A stretch of DNA of 47,763 nucleotides from a virus. Taxonomy: Duplodnaviria > Caudoviricetes. Both the position numbers and the translations under genes were made by a program. Within the stretch, counting starts at the first letter, position 1, and each line of letters begins with the position of its first letter. Below the pieces are notes generated by a model. It saw only the letters and a program-made list of their open reading frames with translations, did not search any database and was not told the DNA's origin. The stretch lies in the IMG/VR virus record IMGVR_UViG_3300034088_000016, positions 1-47,763 of that record, one strand, 5' to 3'. This document shows, in pieces, positions 34,371 through 42,971 of this stretch.

Positions 34371-34961
34371 ATGTCCCCATCCGCAGGCGAGAAGATCAGC
34401 AGCAAGAACGTCACCATCAAGCAGGCCGAGTTCCCCACCCGCGAGCCGGGCGAGCGCCGGTTCAAGGTGCTCGGCAACACGGCCACCATCAAGCAGCCCA
34501 ACGAGGGGGGCGCTAGCTACGTCACCGTCCAACTGGAGCCGCTGAACCTGGAGGACGGGACTCCGAAGGGGCGCGCGTTCCCCAGCTTCTACCTCGACGG
34601 CGAGCCCAACGCGCAGACTGGCGTGGCCAGCTACGAGAGCGCCAGCGGCTGCATGGCGTTCGCGCGGGCGTGCGGCGACGAGTTCGAGCCGACATGGATC
34701 GAGCAAGAGGTGGTCTACACGGGCGACAAGGCCAAGAAGAAGGGCAAGGACGGCGAGACCCTCGTCATCATCAACCCTGAGGAGCTGAAGCAGTACATCA
34801 TGGCCCACGATGGCACGGAGGTGACCGCCTACGAGGGCCTGAAGAAGGTCAGCGAGAAAGACAAGGTCGCGCACCCGAACTGGAAGGACCAGAACACCAT
34901 CGACCGCTGGATCATCCCCGAGGAGAGCACGGGGAATGGGCTGCCGGCGCGGCGGCGCTAG
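34371..34961 (+). CDS. Putative ssDNA-binding protein (DUF669-like)
   Basis: EPG.RRFKV start, N.I..W end, position in recombination module; AAGGA RBS. Confidence 0.5.
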   Translation: MSPSAGEKISSKNVTIKQAEFPTREPGERRFKVLGNTATIKQPNEGGASYVTVQLEPLNLEDGTPKGRAFPSFYLDGEPNAQTGVASYESASGCMAFARACGDEFEPTWIEQEVVYTGDKAKKKGKDGETLVIINPEELKQYIMAHDGTEVTAYEGLKKVSEKDKVAHPNWKDQNTIDRWIIPEESTGNGLPARRR

Positions 34962-35157
34962 GGAGGTGACCTGCGAGTGGTTGGGGGTTCTGGGCTTCTC
35001 TTGTTCGTCCGGCCCTGTAATCAATCACGAGTCCACTCGCAGGTGCAGTACGCAGGGCATCAGCCGACAGGGAGTCGCCTTCTGAGCTGTGGAGGTGGCG
35101 CAACCACGGCTACTGGTTGGTGCCCTGCGTAGTGCAAACCCACTCAAATCAGGAGAC

Positions 35158-35955
35158 ATGAACATGGCAGCCAAGAGCAGCAAGAAGGCGAAGGGCAAGA
35201 TGGTGAAGATCACAGCGCATCTCGGCTCTGGCCGTGAGAGCAAGCTGGCTGACTTCGCAGCGGGGAGGGTGAAGCCCGAGAAGGTCACGGTGGAGGTAGA
35301 GGGCACCGGCATCGGTGACGGGTGCGAGGCCGACAAGCCTGGGCAGATGGAAGAAGCATCTGCGGCGCTGGATGCGCTGGCCACCAAGCCGCCTGAGCCC
35401 CAAGCCCTCACCCTCCCCCTCCTCACCGACAGCGCCACCCTGTTCATCCAGGGCGTGCAGCAGCTCACCGCCCAGCTCCTCGGCCAGCCTGAGTGTGCTC
35501 CTCTGCTGGTCAAGGTGAACGAGTGGCTCAAGGGCCTGGAGACCGTGAAGAAGCTGATCGTCGGCAACGATGACGCCATCGAGGGCCTCAAGAAGCTGGT
35601 CATCGAGACCGGCCAGCCCTGGGGCGAGAAGGGGTCCAAGCAACTGGTTCTCGCAGGCGCCCGAGTTCCCGTGAAGGCCATCAACTACCGAGCGCCCGGC
35701 GCGCAGCTCACCATCAACGACCTGGACGCCTCCAAGGTGGAGGCGTACCTGCGCGGGAACGCCGTGGATCCGGAGAAGACGTTGGCGGGCTACATGAAGG
35801 CGACCACGGTGTGGGGCCTCAAGGATCTGAGCCCGCTCCAGGCCAAGAACCTCAACGCCATGCTGAGCGACCCTGGCGAGTGGGGCCAGGGGCTGCGGCA
35901 GTGCCTCAAGGACACCAAGTACCAGATGATGGCTCCTGAGATGGAGGGGGCATGA
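35158..35955 (+). CDS. Hypothetical protein (265 aa)
   Basis: AGGAG RBS. Confidence 0.75.
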   Translation: MNMAAKSSKKAKGKMVKITAHLGSGRESKLADFAAGRVKPEKVTVEVEGTGIGDGCEADKPGQMEEASAALDALATKPPEPQALTLPLLTDSATLFIQGVQQLTAQLLGQPECAPLLVKVNEWLKGLETVKKLIVGNDDAIEGLKKLVIETGQPWGEKGSKQLVLAGARVPVKAINYRAPGAQLTINDLDASKVEAYLRGNAVDPEKTLAGYMKATTVWGLKDLSPLQAKNLNAMLSDPGEWGQGLRQCLKDTKYQMMAPEMEGA

Positions 35956-36245
35956 GCGCCAACGAGAAGAAGCCGATGACCATTGCGGAGGCCGGACGGC
36001 TGGGGGGCCGCGCCAATCTGGCCAAGCGGGGCAACGAGTTCTACCGGGTCATCGGGAAGAAGGGTGGCGATGCGGTGAAGGCGGCACGTGGACTCGGCTT
36101 CTACGAGGCCATCGGCGCCAAGGGTGGCAACGCTGTGAAGGCCAAGGACCCCGACCACTTCAAGCGCATCGGCAAGCTGGGCGGGGAGAAGGTGCGTGAG
36201 GCGATGGCGCTGCTGAGGGCGCAGAAGACGGGAGGCACGCCATGA
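35952..36245 (+). CDS. KGG-repeat (general stress-type) protein
   Basis: EAGRLGG, FYRVIGKKGG, FYEAIGAKGG, FKRIGKLGG. Confidence 0.85.
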   Translation: MSANEKKPMTIAEAGRLGGRANLAKRGNEFYRVIGKKGGDAVKAARGLGFYEAIGAKGGNAVKAKDPDHFKRIGKLGGEKVREAMALLRAQKTGGTP

Positions 36246-36865
36246 AGATCTGGGTCCCCAAGCAGCGTGAAGTCACCGTTGAGGTCATCGAGAAGGACAA
36301 CCCGGACACCGACCTGAAGGCCGGCGATCTGGCCGTCACCATGGACGGCCGGACGCGCATCTACTCGCCTGACGAGTTCGCTGAGCGGTTCGAGGAGAAG
36401 AAGGTCCACGAGTGGCCGGGCTACATCAATGTCCAGTCGCCGGACGGGCGGTACGACTCGGGCTGCCTCGCCATCGCCCTCACTGCTGATTCGGCTACTG
36501 GCCTCGCTGCCAAGCTGAACGCCTGGGCGGAGGCTCCTGAGAATCGCGGGTACATCATCAAGCATCTCCAGACGAGCGTGGACAACTCCACTGCGGTGGC
36601 GACCTACTCGTACACCTTCCTCGCCACTACTGAGACCACCAAGGAGGACCGCGAGCACCTGGCCGACGTGCACAACGAGGTGACCAAGCTGCTGGAGGAG
36701 CGCCGCGCGAAGAAGGCTGCTGACGAACTCGACCACCTGGAGAAGGCGCGTGAGCTGCAAGCCGCCGCCAAGGTGGCCGAGAAGGTGCGTATCCGTGAGC
36801 TGGAGCGCCTCGCCGAGGCTGGTCGCAAGCACGAGGCCAACTGCGGCAAGAAGGGGAAGAAGTGA
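36242..36865 (+). CDS. Hypothetical protein (207 aa)
   Basis: GGAGG RBS; ATGA coupling. Confidence 0.75.
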   Translation: MKIWVPKQREVTVEVIEKDNPDTDLKAGDLAVTMDGRTRIYSPDEFAERFEEKKVHEWPGYINVQSPDGRYDSGCLAIALTADSATGLAAKLNAWAEAPENRGYIIKHLQTSVDNSTAVATYSYTFLATTETTKEDREHLADVHNEVTKLLEERRAKKAADELDHLEKARELQAAAKVAEKVRIRELERLAEAGRKHEANCGKKGKK

Positions 36866-37069
36866 TGGGAGCCCTAGCGGTGGTGCTGGCGGCGATTCTC
36901 ATCTTCGTTGCTGGCCTCTGGGCTGGCAGGAACCTCTGATGCGCTCCCATGCTTATCCGTGGTGGGGGCCTCGCCATCCATGGCGGTGGTGGCGCGACGC
37001 CATTCATCAGCAGCATGAGGAGTGCCATGTGGCCGCGCTGCTGCGTAACCTCGTGATCGAGGTGAAGCC

Positions 37070-37363
37070 GTGAGCCCCTCCCACGACCTCCTCCCCGGCG
37101 ACCGCACCCCCATGACCACCGGCATTGCAGTGGTGAAGTCGTGGGGACCCCCAGTCGAGGTGCTCATCGTCGCCTCCAAGGGCACTGGCGTGGTACTTAT
37201 CGACGACGTGAACGCAATCGGCACCGAGCTGCCGACCTGGGAGCTGGTGAGCGTCACCAAGAACGCCATCAATCTGAAGTGCTCCTGTGGCAGGCCGGGC
37301 TGCACGCGAGAGGCCATCTACACTCGCAAGGTGCGCGGGCACCATCCATCGCAGGCGAGGTGA
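37070..37363 (+). CDS. Hypothetical protein (97 aa)
   Basis: GAGG RBS; CSCGRPGC. Confidence 0.65.
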   Translation: MSPSHDLLPGDRTPMTTGIAVVKSWGPPVEVLIVASKGTGVVLIDDVNAIGTELPTWELVSVTKNAINLKCSCGRPGCTREAIYTRKVRGHHPSQAR

Positions 37364-37365
37364 TC

Positions 37366-37656
37366 ATGGCATTCAACAAGCTGTCAGATGCTGAGAGTGA
37401 GCGGCTGGCTCTGCTGATCGAGGAGTGCGGCGAGGTCATTCAGGCAGCTACGAAGGTGCTGCGCCATGGATGGGCCAGCCGCTACGACAACGGTGAGGCT
37501 AACCGGGAGGCCCTGGAGCGGGAGATTGGCGACGTGCAGGCGATCCTGTTCCTGATGGCCGAGCGGATCGACTACCGACGCGGGGCAGCCGCACAGGCTG
37601 AAGCAGCTAAGCTGGTGAAGCTGAAGGCCGGCAAGTACCTGCATCACAACCCCTAG
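37366..37656 (+). CDS. MazG-like nucleotide pyrophosphohydrolase
   Basis: LIEECGEVIQAATK...LEREIGDV. Confidence 0.8.
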   Translation: MAFNKLSDAESERLALLIEECGEVIQAATKVLRHGWASRYDNGEANREALEREIGDVQAILFLMAERIDYRRGAAAQAEAAKLVKLKAGKYLHHNP

Positions 37657-37659
37657 CCC

Positions 37660-39492
37660 ATGCGCGGTGACCCCACCAAGCTGGGCGCCCAGTGCGCCCA
37701 GTGCCCGCTGGCCAGGGAGGGCAAGGCCCACAACCCGGTGCTGATGGATGCAGTGCCCAACCCGACCTGGGTGCGCGTGGGCGAGTCACCGGGCGTCGAC
37801 GAAGCGAGAATCGGCAAGGCATTTCAGGGCCGGACCGGCGGGCAATTGGAGCTGGAGCAAGACCAAGCTGGCCTCTCCACGCACACCGCCATCACCCTCA
37901 ACGTCATCGCCTGCATGCCTCCGCAGCAGGGGAAGACCGAGGCGCTGATGGGGAAGGCCCTGAAGTGCTGCCGGCCCGCGTTCGAGGCACAGATAACGAG
38001 ATATGGGGCGCTGCCCGCGCTGGTGATGGGGAAGTGGGCCGCACGCGGGTATGCAGCCTGGGCCAACACCAAGCTCCCCAAGGGCGGCATCAACAAGGGC
38101 CGGGGCTTCATCCGCGAGAATCCCGTCACTGGAGCGCGGTGGATCTGGACCTGGCACCCGACATTCGCGCTGTTCCGTGAGCCTTATGCCTGGGGCGCGT
38201 TCAGCATTGACCTGGCCAGGTTCAAGCGCCTCATCACCAACAAGCTGAAGCCTGGGCCGGAGAAGCTGATCACGGAGCCTACGCTTCAAGACATCCGAGA
38301 TGTGGTGCTCGACGGCAAGGTATCGGTGGACGTGGAGACGGCGCCACGCCATCCCGATGAGCGCTGGACGGGCAAGGACCCACGCCGTGCCAAGCTGAAG
38401 GTGCTCGGGCTCGGTAATCGGCACTGGGGCCTGGCCTTCCCAGTGGGAGACCGACGCTACGCACGCCACCTCCAGCTCGCGATTGAGCTGATAGAGCAGG
38501 TAGACATCATCGGCCAGAACTTCCTCTGGTTCGACCGGCCGATCATCGCGCGGCACTGGTACGGGAATGATTGGAATCGCGTAGGCCGCAAGGTCATCGA
38601 CACGCTCCACAAGCGCAAGGCGCTGGTGACGGTAAGCCCCGCCTCCCTCGCCTACCTCGCCAGCATCTATGATGACGCCATTCCCTGGAAGGAGCTGGGC
38701 CTCAACCCGCTCGACATGGCGCCTGAGGATCTGCTTGAGGAGGATCCAGAGGAGAGCGATGAGGACGAGGATGATCCTAGCTCTGAGGGCGCCAAGCGCT
38801 CCATCGAGGATGACGATAAGGGTCTCGTCTTCACCCGCGACATCCACGAGCTGACCAAGTACTGCGCCCAGGATACCGTAGAGGCTGCACGGGCCGACCA
38901 CGGCATGGACCAGGAGGAAGCATGGCAGGAGCCGAGGGTCAAGCGCCTCTACGAGTTCCGGATGGGCCTCGCCACCCAAGCCGCCGAGATGTACGAGAAC
39001 GGCATCTGGCTGGATCCACTGGCGCGCGTGGGCCTGGCTTGGGACCTGTATGGGCTCATCAAGGAGCGGAAGGCCAAGCTGATGGAGCTGGTGGGCATCC
39101 CTGCCTTCAAGGCGAGTCCCGATCACATGAGGTCTCTCCTCTTCAGGCGACACGCCACTAGTGACATCAGGCGATTTGACCTGCCCGACCCTCCGGCCAA
39201 GGACCGCGCCATGTGGACCAAGACGGGCCTGTGCGCGGTCAACCAGGGCGCCCTGCTGATGCTGCTGGCGAACCCCGCGATGCCTCCGGAGGCCAAGAAG
39301 ATCATCCGCGCCTTCTGGCAAGCCTCGGCACCGGCCAAAGCGCTGTCCACGTTCGTGGTCAGCAAGCTGATGGACCAGGCTCTTGGGGATGATGGGCGGT
39401 TGCGGCCGGAGATTGGGGCTGCGATGACGGATACCATGAGAACCACGACTAAGAGGCCAAACCTGTCAACCTGGAGCAAGGAGAAGGACTAA
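37660..39492 (+). CDS. Family A DNA polymerase N-terminal part: UDG-like domain, 3'-5' exonuclease, thumb
   Basis: CAQCPL, VGESPG.DE...F.G.TG, TWHP (family-4 UDG); DVET, GQN..FD, YCAQD (exo); ends after RTTTKRPNL. Confidence 0.88.
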   Translation: MRGDPTKLGAQCAQCPLAREGKAHNPVLMDAVPNPTWVRVGESPGVDEARIGKAFQGRTGGQLELEQDQAGLSTHTAITLNVIACMPPQQGKTEALMGKALKCCRPAFEAQITRYGALPALVMGKWAARGYAAWANTKLPKGGINKGRGFIRENPVTGARWIWTWHPTFALFREPYAWGAFSIDLARFKRLITNKLKPGPEKLITEPTLQDIRDVVLDGKVSVDVETAPRHPDERWTGKDPRRAKLKVLGLGNRHWGLAFPVGDRRYARHLQLAIELIEQVDIIGQNFLWFDRPIIARHWYGNDWNRVGRKVIDTLHKRKALVTVSPASLAYLASIYDDAIPWKELGLNPLDMAPEDLLEEDPEESDEDEDDPSSEGAKRSIEDDDKGLVFTRDIHELTKYCAQDTVEAARADHGMDQEEAWQEPRVKRLYEFRMGLATQAAEMYENGIWLDPLARVGLAWDLYGLIKERKAKLMELVGIPAFKASPDHMRSLLFRRHATSDIRRFDLPDPPAKDRAMWTKTGLCAVNQGALLMLLANPAMPPEAKKIIRAFWQASAPAKALSTFVVSKLMDQALGDDGRLRPEIGAAMTDTMRTTTKRPNLSTWSKEKD

Positions 39493-39752
39493 TGGATCTG
39501 ACCCAACACGACATGGAAGAGATGAAGATGGCTGCTGAGAAGACGCAGCTCAAGGCGTCGCCCCACAGCCGCAAGATGGTGGCCATCGACGCCGACAAGC
39601 TGCTGTGGCTGCTGGAGCAAGTAGAGGAGCACACGCGCTACCTGAAGCACGAACAGCACCTCTACGACCAGGAGACTGAGAAGACCATCAACGAGCAGGT
39701 CGAGCAGATCCAGCAGCTCCAGAACCAGATCGACGAGTTGAAGGGCGAGTAG
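39492..39752 (+). CDS. Coiled-coil protein lying between the polymerase halves (86 aa)
   Basis: TAATG coupling upstream, TAG-ATG downstream; Q/E-rich heptads. Confidence 0.75.
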   Translation: MDLTQHDMEEMKMAAEKTQLKASPHSRKMVAIDADKLLWLLEQVEEHTRYLKHEQHLYDQETEKTINEQVEQIQQLQNQIDELKGE

Positions 39753-40571
39753 ATGGCATCCCTGTCCGGCGCCATTCCCAGCATGCGCGTCATGTGCGCG
39801 GCCAGGGACGATGACCATGTGCTCATTGGTGCCGACTACAAGCAGCTTGAGCTGTGGACGATGTACGCGCTCACTGGGGATGAGGTGCTCGGTGATGGGC
39901 TGCGCAACGGTGACGTGTACACCGAGGACGCCAAGTACCTCTTCTCGCTCCCCGCCCATTTCACCAAGTGCAAGTGCGACGACAACAGGTGTGTGCTCCC
40001 CAACCTGCACGTCAAGCCGAAGGCCCGGCAGGACGGCAAGGTCAGTCATCTCACCTTCCAGTACTGGGCCGAGCTGAACACGTTCTATCGAGGGCTCTTG
40101 GAGTCGGACCAGGATATGCCCTTCAGCCAGGCCGCGCTGTACCACAGCGGCATGCGCAAGCGGTACTGGCGCACGGTGGAGTGGTGGCACGAGGAGTACG
40201 AGCGGGTCTGCGCTCGGGGCTGGAGCGAGGAGCGCATCCTCGGCGCGCGGAAGACCTACCCGACCACCCCAGAGCCTCAGGCCGTGGTGAACTGGCCCAA
40301 CCAGACCACAGCGGCGGTGGTCCACGGCAAGGCGTGGCTAACGCTGGGGTCTGGGAGGAAGGGGCGCCCCGGCGCGCTCGCCAAGTTCCTCGGGGAAGCT
40401 CTGCTGGTCAAGCAGTGGTACGACGCCTTCCTGGTCGAATGCCGGAGGGAGATTGTCGATGACGTGGTGCCCGTGGTGCGAGAGGCGATGGAGCAACCTC
40501 ACGTCATCGAGGGGCGCGAGTGGCGCTTCCGAGTGGACATCAAGGTGGGAAGGCGTGAGAGTGACGTATAA
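39753..40571 (+). CDS. Family A DNA polymerase C-terminal part (palm/fingers)
   Basis: Motif A ADYKQLEL, motif B-like RQDGK..H...Y, N.P.Q..AA, motif C-like QWYDA. Confidence 0.88.
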   Translation: MASLSGAIPSMRVMCAARDDDHVLIGADYKQLELWTMYALTGDEVLGDGLRNGDVYTEDAKYLFSLPAHFTKCKCDDNRCVLPNLHVKPKARQDGKVSHLTFQYWAELNTFYRGLLESDQDMPFSQAALYHSGMRKRYWRTVEWWHEEYERVCARGWSEERILGARKTYPTTPEPQAVVNWPNQTTAAVVHGKAWLTLGSGRKGRPGALAKFLGEALLVKQWYDAFLVECRREIVDDVVPVVREAMEQPHVIEGREWRFRVDIKVGRRESDV

Positions 40572-40586
40572 CCAAGGAGGTACACA

Positions 40587-40895
40587 ATGAGCAGCACGCC
40601 GCGCCAGAAGTACCCGGCTCCTGAGTGGCTGGATTACTTTCCGGTGAAGGTGCCGGGAGCCGTCTACGAGGAGTGGACGCCCAAGGTAGGAGACATCGTT
40701 CAGTTCCACGGAGGCACAGACAGGCTGACCACCAGTCTCTGCTGCATGAAGGTCTCCACAGTTCGGCCGATGGGTGACGGGCGCTACCAGATCGGCATCG
40801 TTGGAATCACGAATGGCGCCGCGGGACCGTGGTTCAGCCACGAGGCTTTCGTCCGCGACGACCCGGCCCACCACAGCAGGTGTTGCGGAACGTAG
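40587..40895 (+). CDS. Hypothetical protein (102 aa)
   Basis: AAGGAGG RBS; PKVGDIV. Confidence 0.7.
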   Translation: MSSTPRQKYPAPEWLDYFPVKVPGAVYEEWTPKVGDIVQFHGGTDRLTTSLCCMKVSTVRPMGDGRYQIGIVGITNGAAGPWFSHEAFVRDDPAHHSRCCGT

Positions 40896-40927
40896 AGCCG
40901 CTAGTTCTGCTCACTTCTCGCGGCTCC

Positions 40928-40968
40928 GAAGCCCCTTCTGGTCCCGGCCAGGAGGGGTTTCGTGTTTC
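40928..40968. terminator. Hairpin terminator between convergent early and late arms
   Basis: GAAGCCCCTTCTGG-loop-CCAGGAGGGGTTTC followed by GTGTTTC. Confidence 0.7.
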
Positions 40969-41194
40969 AGCGCCGAGTGCCCTTGGCGGGCTGGACGGTG
41001 TTCACCGGCACCACGGGTAGCCGGCTGAGGATAACTTCCTGGGTGTCCTCGATGCGCGCCATCCGGGCCTCCAGCGCGACTACCTTCATCGCCGTGTTCC
41101 ACAGGAACCCGCCAGCACCGAGCACGGCGCCGCTGAGGATGGTCACCAGCACAGGCTTGAGGTCCACCTGGCCCCAGATCTTCAAGGCTGGCAT
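40967..41194 (-). CDS. Holin/spanin-like single-TM coiled-coil protein (75 aa)
   Basis: One TM then VVALEARMARIE; last late gene. Confidence 0.5.
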   Translation of the reverse strand: MPALKIWGQVDLKPVLVTILSGAVLGAGGFLWNTAMKVVALEARMARIEDTQEVILSRLPVVPVNTVQPAKGTRR

Positions 41195-41424
41195 CCGTTC
41201 CGCGCTTGCCGGTCCAGGTCATCCCGGCACGCCTGGTCTGAGTCCGCGACGCACTTGATGCGGCGGGGCGTGTAGCCGCCGTCCTTGTTGTCTTTGGTGT
41301 AGCAGGAGCCCACGCCGCGCCAGAGATGGTCCACGGTGTTGTAGTGGGTCTCCACGCACTGCGCTGACCCTTCCCGGCGCTCACAAGAGCCCGACAACGC
41401 CAGCATGAGGAGCAGAGAGATCAT
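41182..41424 (-). CDS. Small exported Cys-rich protein (80 aa), possible lipoprotein
   Basis: ATGA coupling; MISLLLMLALSGSC; six Cys. Confidence 0.65.
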   Translation of the reverse strand: MISLLLMLALSGSCERREGSAQCVETHYNTVDHLWRGVGSCYTKDNKDGGYTPRRIKCVADSDQACRDDLDRQARNGCQP

Positions 41425-42017
41425 CGCGGGTAGGTGACCGAGACACGGGCCGTGTTGATGCGCTCGAACACCTGGTGGACTCCCACGCCCGTGGCCAGAG
41501 GCACGATGCACCATAGTCCTGGATAGAACGCAAAGGCCCCGGTATTGGAGACCATCGATAGGCTTCGCGCGGTGGGTCCCCCACTTCCGGTGGTGGAGAA
41601 GGAGCCCTGGTAGAACCAGGGCAGCCCCGTAGCTCCACTTGCGAAGGGGCGCCAGAAACGCGCCATTGTCAGGGGAGTCTGGTTGAAGCTGACTTCAGCC
41701 CCGTTGGAGTCCAGTGCCACCCACTCCAGGCCCATCCCAATCATTCTGGTCTTGGACGGGTCGTCCAGGACCAGAATGATGGGAGACTTGGCGTTGTCGT
41801 ACCCGTTGGCCACCAGCCGGCCCTCGCACTCGTTCGCGGACAGGGTGTCTGCCCCCAACGAGCCAGCCGACCCCACGGACAGTCCGCCGTCGAACACGGC
41901 CCCGTAGCTGGAGGTCCACGTGTTGGTGGGCGTCTGGTTGGAGGCCGTTGGGGTCAGCGTCTGCGCCAACACGGCAAGGGCAGCAACGAGGGTTGCAGCA
42001 ACGAGTAGTTTCTTCAT
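41421..42017 (-). CDS. Signal-peptide-bearing tail-module protein (198 aa)
   Basis: MKKLLVAATLVAALAVLA-Q. Confidence 0.75.
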   Translation of the reverse strand: MKKLLVAATLVAALAVLAQTLTPTASNQTPTNTWTSSYGAVFDGGLSVGSAGSLGADTLSANECEGRLVANGYDNAKSPIILVLDDPSKTRMIGMGLEWVALDSNGAEVSFNQTPLTMARFWRPFASGATGLPWFYQGSFSTTGSGGPTARSLSMVSNTGAFAFYPGLWCIVPLATGVGVHQVFERINTARVSVTYPR

Positions 42018-42030
42018 GGAGGTGCCTTGG

Positions 42031-42969
42031 TCACTGCATGCAGATGTAGCTCACCGTGTCCGTGGTGGTGTTCGGGCCGGTGATGGTGAGGGTAGTACCG
42101 GAGACGGCACACTTGACTGAGACGGTCTGAGTGGTGTTGTTCGCGCAGACGCAGATGGCGCCAGTGTTCACCGTGGCGGTGCAGAGTGACGGTGAGGCGT
42201 TGTTCAGTGCGCAGGTACCACGGGTCTTGGTGGAGGCGGTGATGTTGTCGCCCGAGTTGGTGAACGTACCGGATGCCGTCAGCGACGTGACGGTGGTAGC
42301 CCCCGCGCCCAGGGTGGACGACAAGGTGGTCGCCCCGGTGACTCCCAGAGTGCCGCCCACCGTGGTGTTGCCCGTCAGGGTGCTGCCACCAGTGACCGCC
42401 AACGTAGAGGCGAGCACCGCCGCACCGTTGATGGTGGTCTGGCCCACCACGTTCAGGGTGCCGGCATCGATGGCGCCCCCCGTGGTCACCAGTCCGGTCA
42501 GGGTGCTTGCGCCCGTGACACTCAGCGTGCTGGAGGCCGCGAGCGTGGTGAAGGAGCCGCTCAGGCCGTCCGTGCCGACCTGCTCAACAGCGCAGGCCCC
42601 GTTGACACCCGACCGGATGATGAGCGCCAGCCACTGGCTGGAGCCCGCCGTGATGCTGATCCACGAGGGCCGCTCGATGGTGGCGCCCGAAGAGGCCACG
42701 AAGTTGCCGTAGTTGATGCCGTCATAGCTGGAGCTGGAGACGGTGACCGAGCTGGTGCCCACCTTGTAGTAGGTCGGCTGGGAGCAGGTCAGCCGGATGC
42801 TGCCACTCGGCACGAACGTGGCGGCGCTGGTCGAGGTGACGTTGATGGGCGACTGCACGCTGCCAGCCGCGCCAGTCGCCAGGTCGCGAGCCGGGGTGAA
42901 AGGGTTGAACAGCGCCGTGAGCGCCAGGATGGAGAGGACGGCGAGGGGGACCAGAATGAAACGCTTCAT
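42031..42969 (-). CDS. Tail fibre-like protein with signal peptide and Cys-rich tip (312 aa)
   Basis: MKRFILVPLAVLSILAL; TL.VTG..TL repeats; GGAGG RBS. Confidence 0.75.
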   Translation of the reverse strand: MKRFILVPLAVLSILALTALFNPFTPARDLATGAAGSVQSPINVTSTSAATFVPSGSIRLTCSQPTYYKVGTSSVTVSSSSYDGINYGNFVASSGATIERPSWISITAGSSQWLALIIRSGVNGACAVEQVGTDGLSGSFTTLAASSTLSVTGASTLTGLVTTGGAIDAGTLNVVGQTTINGAAVLASTLAVTGGSTLTGNTTVGGTLGVTGATTLSSTLGAGATTVTSLTASGTFTNSGDNITASTKTRGTCALNNASPSLCTATVNTGAICVCANNTTQTVSVKCAVSGTTLTITGPNTTTDTVSYICMQ

Positions 42970-42971
42970 GT

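Noticed and set aside
37786-39321. Long antisense or off-frame ORFs (also 8445..9911, 5149..6492, 6288..7475, 1973..3079)
   Set aside because: Shadow frames of high-GC genes with no motifs, fully overlapping well-supported CDS
39492-39752. Group I/II intron or intein in the polymerase
   Set aside because: No intein terminal motifs, no recognisable intron core; the insert is fully occupied by a coupled ORF
39750-39755. Genome-wide TAG recoding
   Set aside because: Many genes end at TAG followed by promoter motifs or new RBS/starts, long genes are uninterrupted, and no suppressor tRNA is seen
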